A stretch of DNA of 64,000 bases from an uncultured bacterium (GTDB lineage Bacteria; Patescibacteriota; Microgenomatia; UBA1400; PJMF01): contig CAIMNJ010000018.1 of the NCBI GenBank assembly GCA_903842795.1, positions 3,246 through 67,245 on the forward strand, given 5' to 3'. This document shows positions 26,436 to 36,016 of the stretch, piece after piece (position 1 is the first letter of the stretch; each line of letters begins with the position of its first letter). Under the pieces are notes generated by a model, which saw nothing but the letters and a program-made list of their open reading frames with translations, did not search any database and had not been told where the DNA came from. Made by a program: the position numbers and the translations under genes.

Positions 26436-27347
26436 TTAATCAATCACAATCTCTTCTGCGTGTTGAACTTTTTTGATTCTATTCATCAAAGCAAAAACTA
26501 AATCATCGGCATCTGCTCCACGCTTGTCCAAAACAAAGATTGTTTCGTTGGCGTGATCACGCAAATCATTGTGACCGCCACCAATAATATTACGAGCGAT
26601 TTGTACATTCCATTTAACTAAAGAATCCAGCAAAACATTTTTTAATTTGGTATTACCTTGTGATAAGAATTCTCTAATTCTGTCCACCTGCAAAGAAACT
26701 TGAAAAGCCAAAGCGTCTTGCTCTTGCAACTCAGCTCTTTTGCTTGGATCAGCCACTGCATCATCACCATTAAAATCAATAAACACAGTCAAAGAAACAT
26801 GATGAGGCATACTGTCATAAACCTGTTGCTTGCCAGCAGCTTCCTGACCTAGATCGGTCAACAAGATGTCCTCAACATGTCTACCACTAGTTAAATGTTC
26901 CTCCACTACTGCATGGGTAGCAGCGCAAGCTCCACAATGCTCATGAACTTGAACTTCAACATTATCCAAGTCATCTTCCAAGCGCTCATCAATACAATGT
27001 AAGCTATAACCTCTTGAACTAAGGAAGCGATAAAAAGCTCCAAGAACCTCCAACTCACTACGTTTAAAATTAACTCCAGCAATATCTACTGATTCACCAT
27101 TTTCTCTTAATGCCTGATCGAGAGCTTGATATATTTCAGAGTTCATATCACCAAAAACCAAAGGCAAACCACCTCCAGCTACAAAGTTGATATTACCATT
27201 CAGATCTTGTAACCATTCATCAGGATTGTCTTTTATGGCCTCCCACATTACTCTAATTTGGTTAATAACCTCAGAACTAGCTTCTCTTGATTTCATTTTT
27301 TTTCTTTCTTCTGATGACATAATGTTAGAGATTTTAACATGAGCCAT
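26436..27347 (-). CDS. Hypothetical metal-binding protein with beta-carbonic-anhydrase-like CxDxR and HxxCG motifs
   Basis: 303-aa acidic ORF containing LHCIDER and VHEHCGACAA. Confidence 0.6.
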   Translation of the reverse strand: MAHVKISNIMSSEERKKMKSREASSEVINQIRVMWEAIKDNPDEWLQDLNGNINFVAGGGLPLVFGDMNSEIYQALDQALRENGESVDIAGVNFKRSELEVLGAFYRFLSSRGYSLHCIDERLEDDLDNVEVQVHEHCGACAATHAVVEEHLTSGRHVEDILLTDLGQEAAGKQQVYDSMPHHVSLTVFIDFNGDDAVADPSKRAELQEQDALAFQVSLQVDRIREFLSQGNTKLKNVLLDSLVKWNVQIARNIIGGGHNDLRDHANETIFVLDKRGADADDLVFALMNRIKKVQHAEEIVID

Positions 27348-27361
27348 ATCTTTAGAAAAGA

Positions 27362-28414
27362 CTATTTTCTTTCGATATGAGCCACCCCTTCACCCTGCGC
27401 TGCTTGTGAAACAACGGCAAATTGAGCTTTGCTTTGAAATTCTTGAATATCTTTGGCACCAACATAAGACATCGCACTGCGCAAACCACCAATTAGATCA
27501 TCAATAATTAGTTCTGCCGGACCTTTATATGGAACCATGGTCATAATGCCTTCTGCACTACGAAACTCTCCCATTTTAGAACCATTATCTTTCATATAAT
27601 CTTCAGAAGCTTGACCGCGAGCCTTCTTTACTCCGCCAATAACTTTGCCGGGGGTTTCTTCTGTACCTGCCAGAATCGAGCCTACCATAATAACTTTAGC
27701 TCCAGCAGCGATTGCTTTAGCAAAATCAGCTGGCTTACGAATACCACCGTCAGCAATTACATCCAAACCAGATTCAACTGTTTCAAAAACTGCTGACAAT
27801 TGTGGAAAGCCAGCTCCAGCCACTAAACGTGTAATACACATTCCACCACCACCAACACCAACTCTAGCTATTTTTAATCCAGCTTCTTTATAAACCATTG
27901 CCTGATCATAACTAACAATATTGCCTGCTATAACCGTCATTTTGAGCTTATCTTGAATTTCAGCAGCAGCATTAACTACACTTTGCATACCACCATGAGC
28001 AACATCTAGAAGCAAAACTTTGGCACCAAGTTTTTTGAAAGCTTGAGCATCAGCAAAAGCGTTCTTCAAACCAATGGAATAAACGGCATTGATTTTATCT
28101 TTTTGTAAGTTTTTACAAGCCTCCAAAGCTTCATCGATAAAAACTCTAGGCATGAAAGTTAAACCCCCAATTTTATGCATTAAGCGAGCCATTTTCTCAC
28201 CACTAATGGTATCCATTGGGGCGGTTACAATTGGTTTACTCAAAGTAAATGGGCCAAATTGCACTGATAAATCAGTTTCCTTTCTGGAGCCAATTTTTGT
28301 ATTGGCTTGAGGCACCAAAAGCACATCGTCATAAGTCAAACTTGCTGGATGAGCACTACTAATATTAGGCCAAGCTTCTGTTTTTCCAAGAGCTTGATAA
28401 AAGTTTTTGGACAT
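27362..28414 (-). CDS. IMPDH/GMP reductase family protein without CBS domains; GMP reductase favoured
   Basis: LTYDDVLLVP, APMDT, DVAHG, GVGGGGMCITR and IADGGI motifs. The flap reads EFRSAEG and lacks the IMPDH Arg-Tyr pair. Confidence 0.85.
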   Translation of the reverse strand: MSKNFYQALGKTEAWPNISSAHPASLTYDDVLLVPQANTKIGSRKETDLSVQFGPFTLSKPIVTAPMDTISGEKMARLMHKIGGLTFMPRVFIDEALEACKNLQKDKINAVYSIGLKNAFADAQAFKKLGAKVLLLDVAHGGMQSVVNAAAEIQDKLKMTVIAGNIVSYDQAMVYKEAGLKIARVGVGGGGMCITRLVAGAGFPQLSAVFETVESGLDVIADGGIRKPADFAKAIAAGAKVIMVGSILAGTEETPGKVIGGVKKARGQASEDYMKDNGSKMGEFRSAEGIMTMVPYKGPAELIIDDLIGGLRSAMSYVGAKDIQEFQSKAQFAVVSQAAQGEGVAHIERK

Positions 28415-28445
28415 AAGCGGTCTTTTCCTTGTTTTTAATTATTAT

Positions 28446-29900
28446 TTAGTAATATTTAATTGTTTGCTCTCTCTTTGGACCCACGCTCACCATGAGCAAC
28501 TTCACATTCAAACTTTGACTTAAAAAAGCCAAATATTGCAAAGCTTCTTTTGGAAGATCACTAATTTTTCTCACTTTACTGAGCGCAGAGCCATCAAAAC
28601 TAGGTAGCTCTACATACTTAGGACTAACACGATTTAGATATTCCTGATCTGGTCTGTAGGCCACTTCTTTACCATCAATTTCATAAGCCACACAAACTTT
28701 GATTGGCACTTCCTTATAAGCAATATCTAAATGTGTGAGAGTTAAATATTCGACTTTGCCAACTCTAAATAAATAAGAAAGCATAGGTAAATCTATATAG
28801 GCAATATCTCTTGGTCTCTTAGTAGTGGCTCCATATTCATTAGCATCTTCACGAATACGCTCTGCCAATTCTTTGCCCATCATGGTTGGTAATTTTCTGG
28901 TACCAACACTAGAAGTATAAGTTGCCTTAATAGTTGCAGCTCTAACTGCCAATAAACGGTCATCAACTATTCCTTCAGTGGACGAGTAAATACCATCAAA
29001 ACCACAATTTGAAGCTGTTACATCAGGATAAACTCCATAGCGAGTATCAATGCCTAAAGCTTGAGCTTTTTCAAAAACCATTGGCACCTTGGAATTCCAA
29101 GTTTTGGACAATAAGTTAGTCACATCTTGGACAAATTCAGCAAGAATTTTTATACTGTCAGAAATGCTTTTGGCAAATTGTGCAAAATCACCAACTACAA
29201 CACTTGATCCATCAAGTCTTGGAACTGACACCTCGCTTAATTTAAAACCAAAACCAGCTGAAAGCATTTGATAGTGCTCATAATGTGTTTGTAAGCGTTT
29301 CTTCCAATCTTTAGCTAACAAATCACGCATACGCAGAGGATTACGATAAATTACGTCTGCATATGCCGGAGAAATTCCCCTACCAGTGGCTGCTTTGCTA
29401 CCATCTGCTTTCATTTTTAGTACTGCTTCAAAAGCGCGATGTGTATCCAGAGATAATAGAACCATTTCGTCAATTAATAATTTGGCCGGAATTTCTTTGC
29501 CATCCAAAACTTTTCTAACTTCTTTTATCTCCATCACCAAATCTTGCGGATGGAGCACCATCTCCTTACCAAGAATTACCGTACAACCTTTTTGCAAAAT
29601 ACCAGATCCAAGTTGGTGTAGAGCAATTTTTTTATCACCAAAAGCAATAGTGTGACCAGCATTGGCTCCACCATTATCACGGTAATGAATTACTTGCTTT
29701 TGTTTTTTAAGAAAAAGAGAAGTTAACTCATCTGTGACACGTCCTTTACCTTCGTCACCCAAGGCACCACCTACTACAGCGATGGAATTTGCTCGACGCC
29801 CTTTGGTAAGAAATGGATTGCTCACTAATTTATAATCAGTTTTATAAAGCTGTCCTTCTTTGTAAACAGCTTTTTTGATTTTCAGGAAGTTATTAGCCAT
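28446..29900 (-). CDS. purA: Adenylosuccinate synthetase
   Basis: GDEGKG, GGANAGHT, TGRGISPAYAD and EYGATTKRPR motifs. N-terminal extension of about 35 aa. Confidence 0.95.
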   Translation of the reverse strand: MANNFLKIKKAVYKEGQLYKTDYKLVSNPFLTKGRRANSIAVVGGALGDEGKGRVTDELTSLFLKKQKQVIHYRDNGGANAGHTIAFGDKKIALHQLGSGILQKGCTVILGKEMVLHPQDLVMEIKEVRKVLDGKEIPAKLLIDEMVLLSLDTHRAFEAVLKMKADGSKAATGRGISPAYADVIYRNPLRMRDLLAKDWKKRLQTHYEHYQMLSAGFGFKLSEVSVPRLDGSSVVVGDFAQFAKSISDSIKILAEFVQDVTNLLSKTWNSKVPMVFEKAQALGIDTRYGVYPDVTASNCGFDGIYSSTEGIVDDRLLAVRAATIKATYTSSVGTRKLPTMMGKELAERIREDANEYGATTKRPRDIAYIDLPMLSYLFRVGKVEYLTLTHLDIAYKEVPIKVCVAYEIDGKEVAYRPDQEYLNRVSPKYVELPSFDGSALSKVRKISDLPKEALQYLAFLSQSLNVKLLMVSVGPKREQTIKYY

Positions 29901-29902
29901 TG

Positions 29903-31297
29903 CTAATCTTTCTTGTGTAATTTGTATTGGGAATATTTACTAAAAAAGTCTTCAGTTCTCTTAGACACATCAAGAGCTATTTTTTCTGAAAGACCAAGAT
30001 ATTTTTCTGGAGTCAAATTCTGCAGTTGCTCACCCATATTTTCTGTTAATGCTTGCCAATCTTCTTTGGTGATATTTTTATTTTTAGCCAATTTAGCAAT
30101 TTTTTCATAAGCTTCTTGGTCACCATTTTTTCTAGCCAAAGTTTGCCAAGCCTCTGTCAAAATATTGTAATTATTTTGTAGAGCTTGGATTGTAACTCCC
30201 TCATTTAAGGATAGCTTAGCCAAACCGCCACTGAGGCTATCATAAGCCAAAAGACAATGAGCAAAAATAACACCAATATTGCGAAGGACTGTGCTTTCTG
30301 ATAAATCTCTTTGCAAACGACTGATCGGTAGCTTGCGCATCATAGCTTCCAAAAGAGAATTGGCCAAAATTAAATTACCTTCAGAGTTTTCAAATTCAAT
30401 TGGATTAATTTTTTGAGGCATGGTTGAAGAGCCAACAAATTTTTCCTTGCCTTTTTGCAACAACCACCCATCGCTAATATAACGCCAAACATCTTGGTTT
30501 AATCCAATAAAAACACTGTTTATTCGATAAAAAATTGAAAATAATTTTACCAAATCATCAGCAGGAGCAATTTGCGTAGCTGTTTCAACAAAATTAAATC
30601 CAAAACTTTCTACAAATTTTCTACTAAATTTTTGCCAATCAATTTTTGGAAAAGACAATTGCATTGCTTGATAACCACCCACTGCTCCAGAAAATTTTCC
30701 ATGAAATTTATAGTCTTTCAATTCTTCTAAAATTAACAAAATCCTATCTACAAAAACCGCAATTTCTTTGCCAAAGGTCGTGGGAATAGCTGCTTGACCA
30801 TGAGTTCTTGCCAAAATTGGCGAAGCTACATAATTCACAATAAGGCTATTTAATTTTTCTACAACATCTTTTAGACTAGGAAAAACAACTTCCTGCAAAC
30901 CACCTGCGAGCATTGATCGATAAGCTAAATTATTAATATCTTCTGAAGTAATTGCAAAGTGAATAAAAGGAATTAAGTAAGTGAGATTATTTTTTTCAAA
31001 CTCTTCACGTAAATAATATTCAATTGCTTTAACATCGTGATGGGTTATTTTTTCAATCTCTTTAACTCTGCCAATTGCCAAAGCATCAACATCTTTTAAT
31101 TTTGCAAAAATGTTTAATTCTTTTTTTTGCAAAGTTGGAATAATTCCACATTCAGCTAAAGCATGTAAATAGGAAATTTCAATTTTGATTCTAAAGGAAA
31201 TTAAAGCTGCTTCGGAAAAATGGGTGCGAAGAGAGCTTGTCTTTTTTCTGTAGCGACCGTCAATTGGCGAAATTGCCATTGTATCTTCTGTCAGCAT
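29903..31297 (-). CDS. purB: Adenylosuccinate lyase
   Basis: ISPIDGRY, THHDVKAIEY, RTHGQ, GSSTMPQKINP and SRLQRDLS motifs. Confidence 0.96.
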   Translation of the reverse strand: MLTEDTMAISPIDGRYRKKTSSLRTHFSEAALISFRIKIEISYLHALAECGIIPTLQKKELNIFAKLKDVDALAIGRVKEIEKITHHDVKAIEYYLREEFEKNNLTYLIPFIHFAITSEDINNLAYRSMLAGGLQEVVFPSLKDVVEKLNSLIVNYVASPILARTHGQAAIPTTFGKEIAVFVDRILLILEELKDYKFHGKFSGAVGGYQAMQLSFPKIDWQKFSRKFVESFGFNFVETATQIAPADDLVKLFSIFYRINSVFIGLNQDVWRYISDGWLLQKGKEKFVGSSTMPQKINPIEFENSEGNLILANSLLEAMMRKLPISRLQRDLSESTVLRNIGVIFAHCLLAYDSLSGGLAKLSLNEGVTIQALQNNYNILTEAWQTLARKNGDQEAYEKIAKLAKNKNITKEDWQALTENMGEQLQNLTPEKYLGLSEKIALDVSKRTEDFFSKYSQYKLHKKD

Positions 31298-31312
31298 CCA
31301 TTAACTAATTAT

Positions 31313-31418
31313 ATTTTGAACCCTGTCTTTTTGCAATCCCAATATTGCAAAAAACAGCTGGTGCAAAAGATGCAACGCGAATTTTGGACCCTGTTTTCTG
31401 GTGCAAAAGATGCAACGC
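31313..31418. repeat. Degenerate tandem repeat with internal palindromes between mnmA and purB
   Basis: CTGGTGCAAAAGATGCAACGC at 31358-31378 and 31398-31418. ATTTTG(A/G)ACCCTGT at 31313-31326 and 31381-31394. Hairpin at 31323-31357. Confidence 0.75.
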
Positions 31419-31427
31419 ATAAAACAT

Positions 31428-32489
31428 TTATTTAATAATTCCACCACCTAAAACAATTTCGTTTTGATAAAAAACAATTGATTGTCCATTAGTTACGGCT
31501 CTTTGCGGTTGATCAAAAACCACTTCAACCTCATCTTTACCGCGAGGGAAAATTGTCACTGCAACTTCTTTAGCTCCATATCTAATTTTGGCAGTTGCTT
31601 TGGTTGGCTCCAACAATTTATCAACTGCAATAAAATTCAAATCACCAGCAATTAAACTGTTAGATAAAATATCTTTTTCATCACCCAAAACAATTTCATT
31701 TTTTTCTGCATTAATTCGACTTACAAAAATTGGTTTACCAGTCGCAATTCCCAAACCTTTACGTTGACCAATAGTGTAGTGGTAAATACCTTTGTGTCTG
31801 CCCAAAATTTTCCCATCTTTATCAATAAAATTACCGTGTTGATTTGGTACTCCTGTTTGCTTTTCAATAAAGCCAGCATAATCATGATTGCTAACAAAAC
31901 AAATATCCTGACTATCTGGTTTGGTAGCAACTCCCAAACCTAATTTTGCAGCAATTTCTCTCACCTTTGTTTTTTCATAACTAGCTAAAGGAAAAATTGT
32001 GTGGGCCAATTGTTCTTGGGTTAGAGTATAGAGCGGATAAGTTTGATCTTTATTTAAACTAGCTGACCTCTTTAGCAAATAACGATCATCTTTTTTGACA
32101 ACAGAAGCATAATGACCAGTAGCAATGTAATCCATACCCATTTCCAAAGCCCTTTTCAAGAAATCGTCAAATTTAATATAACGATTACAAGCAATACAAG
32201 GATTTGGGGTTCTGCCTTTTAGATATTCTTCTGTAAAATAATTAATTACTTTTTGCTCAAAACTTTCTTTAAAATCTAGGACATAGTATGGGATCTCTAA
32301 TTTATCAGCAACACGTCGTGCATCATCTACAGCAGACAAAGAGCAACAGGAACCATTTTCTTCTTTCTTCCCATCTTGCCAAATTTGCATAGTCACCCCG
32401 ACAACATCATACCCCTGCTCTTTCAACAAAGCGGCAGCCACAGAGCTGTCAACCCCACCACTCATACCGATCATTACTTTCTTTTTCAT
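31428..32489 (-). CDS. mnmA: tRNA 2-thiouridine(34) synthase MnmA
   Basis: MSGGVDS, TPNPCIACN, ATGHYA, KDQTY, DSQDICF, TIGQRKG and GQSIVFY motifs. Confidence 0.97.
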   Translation of the reverse strand: MKKKVMIGMSGGVDSSVAAALLKEQGYDVVGVTMQIWQDGKKEENGSCCSLSAVDDARRVADKLEIPYYVLDFKESFEQKVINYFTEEYLKGRTPNPCIACNRYIKFDDFLKRALEMGMDYIATGHYASVVKKDDRYLLKRSASLNKDQTYPLYTLTQEQLAHTIFPLASYEKTKVREIAAKLGLGVATKPDSQDICFVSNHDYAGFIEKQTGVPNQHGNFIDKDGKILGRHKGIYHYTIGQRKGLGIATGKPIFVSRINAEKNEIVLGDEKDILSNSLIAGDLNFIAVDKLLEPTKATAKIRYGAKEVAVTIFPRGKDEVEVVFDQPQRAVTNGQSIVFYQNEIVLGGGIIK

Positions 32490-33628
32490 AAAATATTTGT
32501 GTTTGAAAAAATTTCTCGCAAAACAGCTAGTAAATAATCTAAATCTTCATCAGTATTTTCATCGCCAAAAGTGAATCTAATTGCATTCTTAGCCATTTGT
32601 CGATCAAGGCCCATAGCTAATAAAACATGTGACGGCTCGATTGATAAGGCGCTACAAGCCGAACCACTAGAAGCAGCAATCCCTTTCATATCCAACATCA
32701 TTAATAAAGAATCACCAGAAATTTTTGGGAAAGAAAAATTAATATTTCCAGCCAACCTTTTTTCTCTATGGCCATTTAACTTTATTCCCTTGGTAATTTT
32801 TGGTATCTCCAAAATAGCCCTATCTCTTAAGAGAGTTAGCTTGTGTTGATGATTTTTTAAATCATTAATAGCTAATTCCAAAGCTTTGGCCATCGCTACA
32901 ATACCAGCCACATTTTGAGTACCAGCACGCAAATCTCTTTCTTGACTACCGCCATGCAATAAATTTTCTATTTTTATACCATCGCGTAAATACAAAGCTC
33001 CAACCCCCTTTGGTCCGCCAAATTTGTGGGCAGATATAGACATTGCATCTAAACTTAATTTGTTGGCATCAATTTCCAAATTACCAACCACTTGCACTGC
33101 ATCAGTATGAAAAATGATATTGTATCTATCAGCCAATTTAGCAATTTCAGAAACTGGTTGAATTGTCCCAACCTCATTGTTTGCAAACATAATTGAAATT
33201 AAAACGGTGTCTTTACGAATTGCTTTTTCCAAATCAGCAATAGAAATTAAACCATCACTATTAACTGGCAAATAAGTTACTTCAAAACCATTTTTTTCTA
33301 AAAATTGACAACTATGTAAAACAGCATGATGTTCAATTTTGGAAGTGATAATATGTTTCCCTTTTTTTTGGTTAGCATAAGCCAATCCTTTAATAGCCCA
33401 ATTGTCAGCTTCCGTTCCAGAACTAGTGAAAAAAATTTCTTTTGGTTGGACATTAAATAAACCCGCAATTTTTTCTCTTGCAGTTTCTATAGCTTTTTTA
33501 CTTTGTCTGCCAAGTTCATAAATAGAAGCAGCATTACCATAAAAGTTATTTAAATATGGAAGCATGGCCTCTATTGCTTCTGGCCTAGTGCGAGTGGTGG
33601 CAGCATGATCTAAATAAATTTTTTTCAT
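32486..33628 (-). CDS. iscS: Cysteine desulfurase, group I (IscS/NifS)
   Basis: IYLDHAATT, ANNEVG, SAHKFGGPKG and SSGSACS motifs. Confidence 0.93.
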   Translation of the reverse strand: MKKIYLDHAATTRTRPEAIEAMLPYLNNFYGNAASIYELGRQSKKAIETAREKIAGLFNVQPKEIFFTSSGTEADNWAIKGLAYANQKKGKHIITSKIEHHAVLHSCQFLEKNGFEVTYLPVNSDGLISIADLEKAIRKDTVLISIMFANNEVGTIQPVSEIAKLADRYNIIFHTDAVQVVGNLEIDANKLSLDAMSISAHKFGGPKGVGALYLRDGIKIENLLHGGSQERDLRAGTQNVAGIVAMAKALELAINDLKNHQHKLTLLRDRAILEIPKITKGIKLNGHREKRLAGNINFSFPKISGDSLLMMLDMKGIAASSGSACSALSIEPSHVLLAMGLDRQMAKNAIRFTFGDENTDEDLDYLLAVLREIFSNTNIL

Positions 33629-33630
33629 AA

Positions 33631-33864
33631 TTATTTTTTCAAATCATCCATCGGCGGCATTTTTTTATTTAATTCTTGAATTAACTCTTCGATCTCATCG
33701 TCTTCCAAACCGTGCATTTTAGCACCTTCTTCCAAGGTATCCCATGAAGCAGCAATGCAATTTCCACAATACAAACCATACTCATAGAGGACATCATTTA
33801 ACTCTGGGTCAATGGTGACTAGCTCATAAATGCTCGTATCTTTATCAACTACATTATTTTTCAT
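33631..33864 (-). CDS. DUF1858 family (hybrid cluster-associated redox disulfide) protein
   Basis: YGLYCGNCIAASWDTLEEGAKMHG motif. Confidence 0.8.
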   Translation of the reverse strand: MKNNVVDKDTSIYELVTIDPELNDVLYEYGLYCGNCIAASWDTLEEGAKMHGLEDDEIEELIQELNKKMPPMDDLKK

Positions 33865-34225
33865 ATTTATCTAAAGCCTCTTGCAAGGCTTTTAACGTCA
33901 AAGTGGCACAAGCAATTCTACTGGTAGTTAAATTTAAATTAATTAATTTTAATACTTTTTCTTGATCAATTTTTTTAGCATCTTCAATATTTTTGCCAAT
34001 AATTTCTTCCAACAAAAAATCAGCGCCAATTATACTTACAAAACACATTTCTCCATCAAATTTTGCATCCTTAATTACACCTTTTTCAATTAACAACGAC
34101 AAATGAACATGATCGCCACAAAAAGTGTTAGTTTTATCTAAAACAATCGATGGATATGTCAAATTACCCTTATAAGTTGGGTCTTTATAAACCTCCATCA
34201 ATTCGCTTCTGTATAAATCATCCAT
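33854..34225 (-). CDS. sufU: SufU/IscU-like Fe-S scaffold or sulfur-transfer protein
   Basis: NTFCGD, MCFVS and RIACA (three conserved Cys). Follows sufS. Confidence 0.85.
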   Translation of the reverse strand: MDDLYRSELMEVYKDPTYKGNLTYPSIVLDKTNTFCGDHVHLSLLIEKGVIKDAKFDGEMCFVSIIGADFLLEEIIGKNIEDAKKIDQEKVLKLINLNLTTSRIACATLTLKALQEALDKYEK

Positions 34226-35432
34226 AATAATTAATTGCTTTTTTCAAATTTATAAGTAAAAAATCCAAATCTTCCTTCTGATTATACAAGTAATAAGAAG
34301 CACGCAATGTTGCTCCGCATCTATGAGATTGATGCAGTGGCATAGCACAATGAAAACCTGACCTCAAAGCTAAACCAGATTTTGATAAGTAGTCGCTTAT
34401 GTCGTGAGAATGAACACCCTCAACATAAAAAGAAACCAAACCGGTACGCCCTTCTGCTCCAATCTCTCCAAAAATTTTAATTCTACTTATTTTATTTAAT
34501 CCATCCAATAAATATTTGCTTAACTCAATTTCGTGTTCTCTAATTTCATCCATACCAATATCCAACAAATAATCAATTGCTTTATCCAAAGCAATTGCAC
34601 CTTCCACATTTGGAGTTCCAGCTTCAAATTTTTCTGGATATTGTGCAAACAAAGTTTCCTTCATAGAAACAGATTCAATCATTCCTCCACCAAGTTGGTA
34701 CGGTTGCATTAAATCTAGAAGTTTATCTTTTGCATAGAGCACACCAATGCCCATTGGAGCAAGCATTTTATGACCAGAAAAAGCATAAAAATCACAGTTC
34801 AAGTCTTGAACATCAACCTTTAAATGAGGAATTGCTTGAGCCCCATCAACTACCAAAACCGCTCCAAATTGATGAACAGTTTCAGCAATTTTTTTTATAT
34901 TACTAATTGTCCCAAAAACATTGCTTGCATGTGCTATCGATACTATTTTTGTTTTTGTAGACAATTTTTTTTGCCATTCATTTTTGGTAATTCTGCCAAA
35001 TTTATCACTCTCCAAGACTCTCAAAATTGCTCCAGTTTTTTTGCAAACATCTTGCCATGGTAAAAAATTACTATGATGTTCGAAATCACTCACCAAAATT
35101 TCATCATTCTTTTTAAGAACATTTGAAGCATAACTATAAGCAACTAAATTTAAAGATTCGGTGGTGCCCTTAGTAAAAATTATCTCCCTACTATTTTTCG
35201 CATTAATAAACATTGCTACTTTTTTTCTCGCAGCATCATAAGCTTCACTAGCTCTTTCACTAAGATCGTAAATACCACGATGAACATTAGCATTTTCACT
35301 ACTATAAAATTGCGAAATTCTATCTATTACTACCTGAGGCTTATGACTAGTTGCAGCACTATCCAAATAAACTAACTTTTTATTATTGAAAAAAATTGGA
35401 AAATTACTTTTAATTTTTAATATATCTAACAT
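34218..35432 (-). CDS. sufS: Cysteine desulfurase, group II SufS
   Basis: YLDSAATSHKP, NVHRG, EHHSN, FSGHKM, FEAGTP and RSGFHCA motifs. Confidence 0.95.
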   Translation of the reverse strand: MLDILKIKSNFPIFFNNKKLVYLDSAATSHKPQVVIDRISQFYSSENANVHRGIYDLSERASEAYDAARKKVAMFINAKNSREIIFTKGTTESLNLVAYSYASNVLKKNDEILVSDFEHHSNFLPWQDVCKKTGAILRVLESDKFGRITKNEWQKKLSTKTKIVSIAHASNVFGTISNIKKIAETVHQFGAVLVVDGAQAIPHLKVDVQDLNCDFYAFSGHKMLAPMGIGVLYAKDKLLDLMQPYQLGGGMIESVSMKETLFAQYPEKFEAGTPNVEGAIALDKAIDYLLDIGMDEIREHEIELSKYLLDGLNKISRIKIFGEIGAEGRTGLVSFYVEGVHSHDISDYLSKSGLALRSGFHCAMPLHQSHRCGATLRASYYLYNQKEDLDFLLINLKKAINYYG

Positions 35433-36013
35433 AAATAATCCTCAATCATTTTCTTTGCTTCTTTATTTTTAATTGAATCTAAAATCTTATTAAAGAAAGC
35501 TTCCTGTAAGATTTTTTCTGCCTCACTTTTGGTAAAGCCACGACTCATTAAATAAAAAAGATCTGCCTCATTTAAACGACTACTAGTAGCGCTGTGAGAA
35601 GCTTTAACACGATTATTTAAAATTTCCAAAACTGGCTGAGATCGATTATAAACTGCATCACCAACTATTAAACTTTGTTCTTTCAAAAAAGACTTAGTCT
35701 GTGAAGCTTTTTGCTCTATAAGAATTTGACCAAGATAATCAACTTTCGACTCATCTGATTGGCTCAAATAGACCTCAGTTAAACAACTTGTTTTTGGAAC
35801 TAAGTGCTTAATATTACTTTCCAAATACCAATTACTTTTATTTTTTAATATACCAATGAATAATAATTGGCAATTTAAATTACTTTTTTTAAAAAAAAGA
35901 TCGACTTTAATTTTGCCAATGCTGGATTCTTTATCCAATAGAACCAAGTACAAAGTATTTTGTTTTGGTTCCAAAGAAAATTCTTTTTGATTTTGAAGCA
36001 AGACTGTTTGCAT
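35426..36013 (-). CDS. sufD: Short SufD-like protein
   Basis: SQPVLEI...VKASHSAT...LFYLMSRG motif. Lies between sufB and sufS. Only 195 aa. Confidence 0.85.
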   Translation of the reverse strand: MQTVLLQNQKEFSLEPKQNTLYLVLLDKESSIGKIKVDLFFKKSNLNCQLLFIGILKNKSNWYLESNIKHLVPKTSCLTEVYLSQSDESKVDYLGQILIEQKASQTKSFLKEQSLIVGDAVYNRSQPVLEILNNRVKASHSATSSRLNEADLFYLMSRGFTKSEAEKILQEAFFNKILDSIKNKEAKKMIEDYLC

Positions 36014-36016
36014 ATT

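Noticed and set aside
31358-31418. CRISPR array
   Set aside because: Only two 21-bp copies with a 19-nt spacer that itself repeats upstream sequence, and no cas genes.
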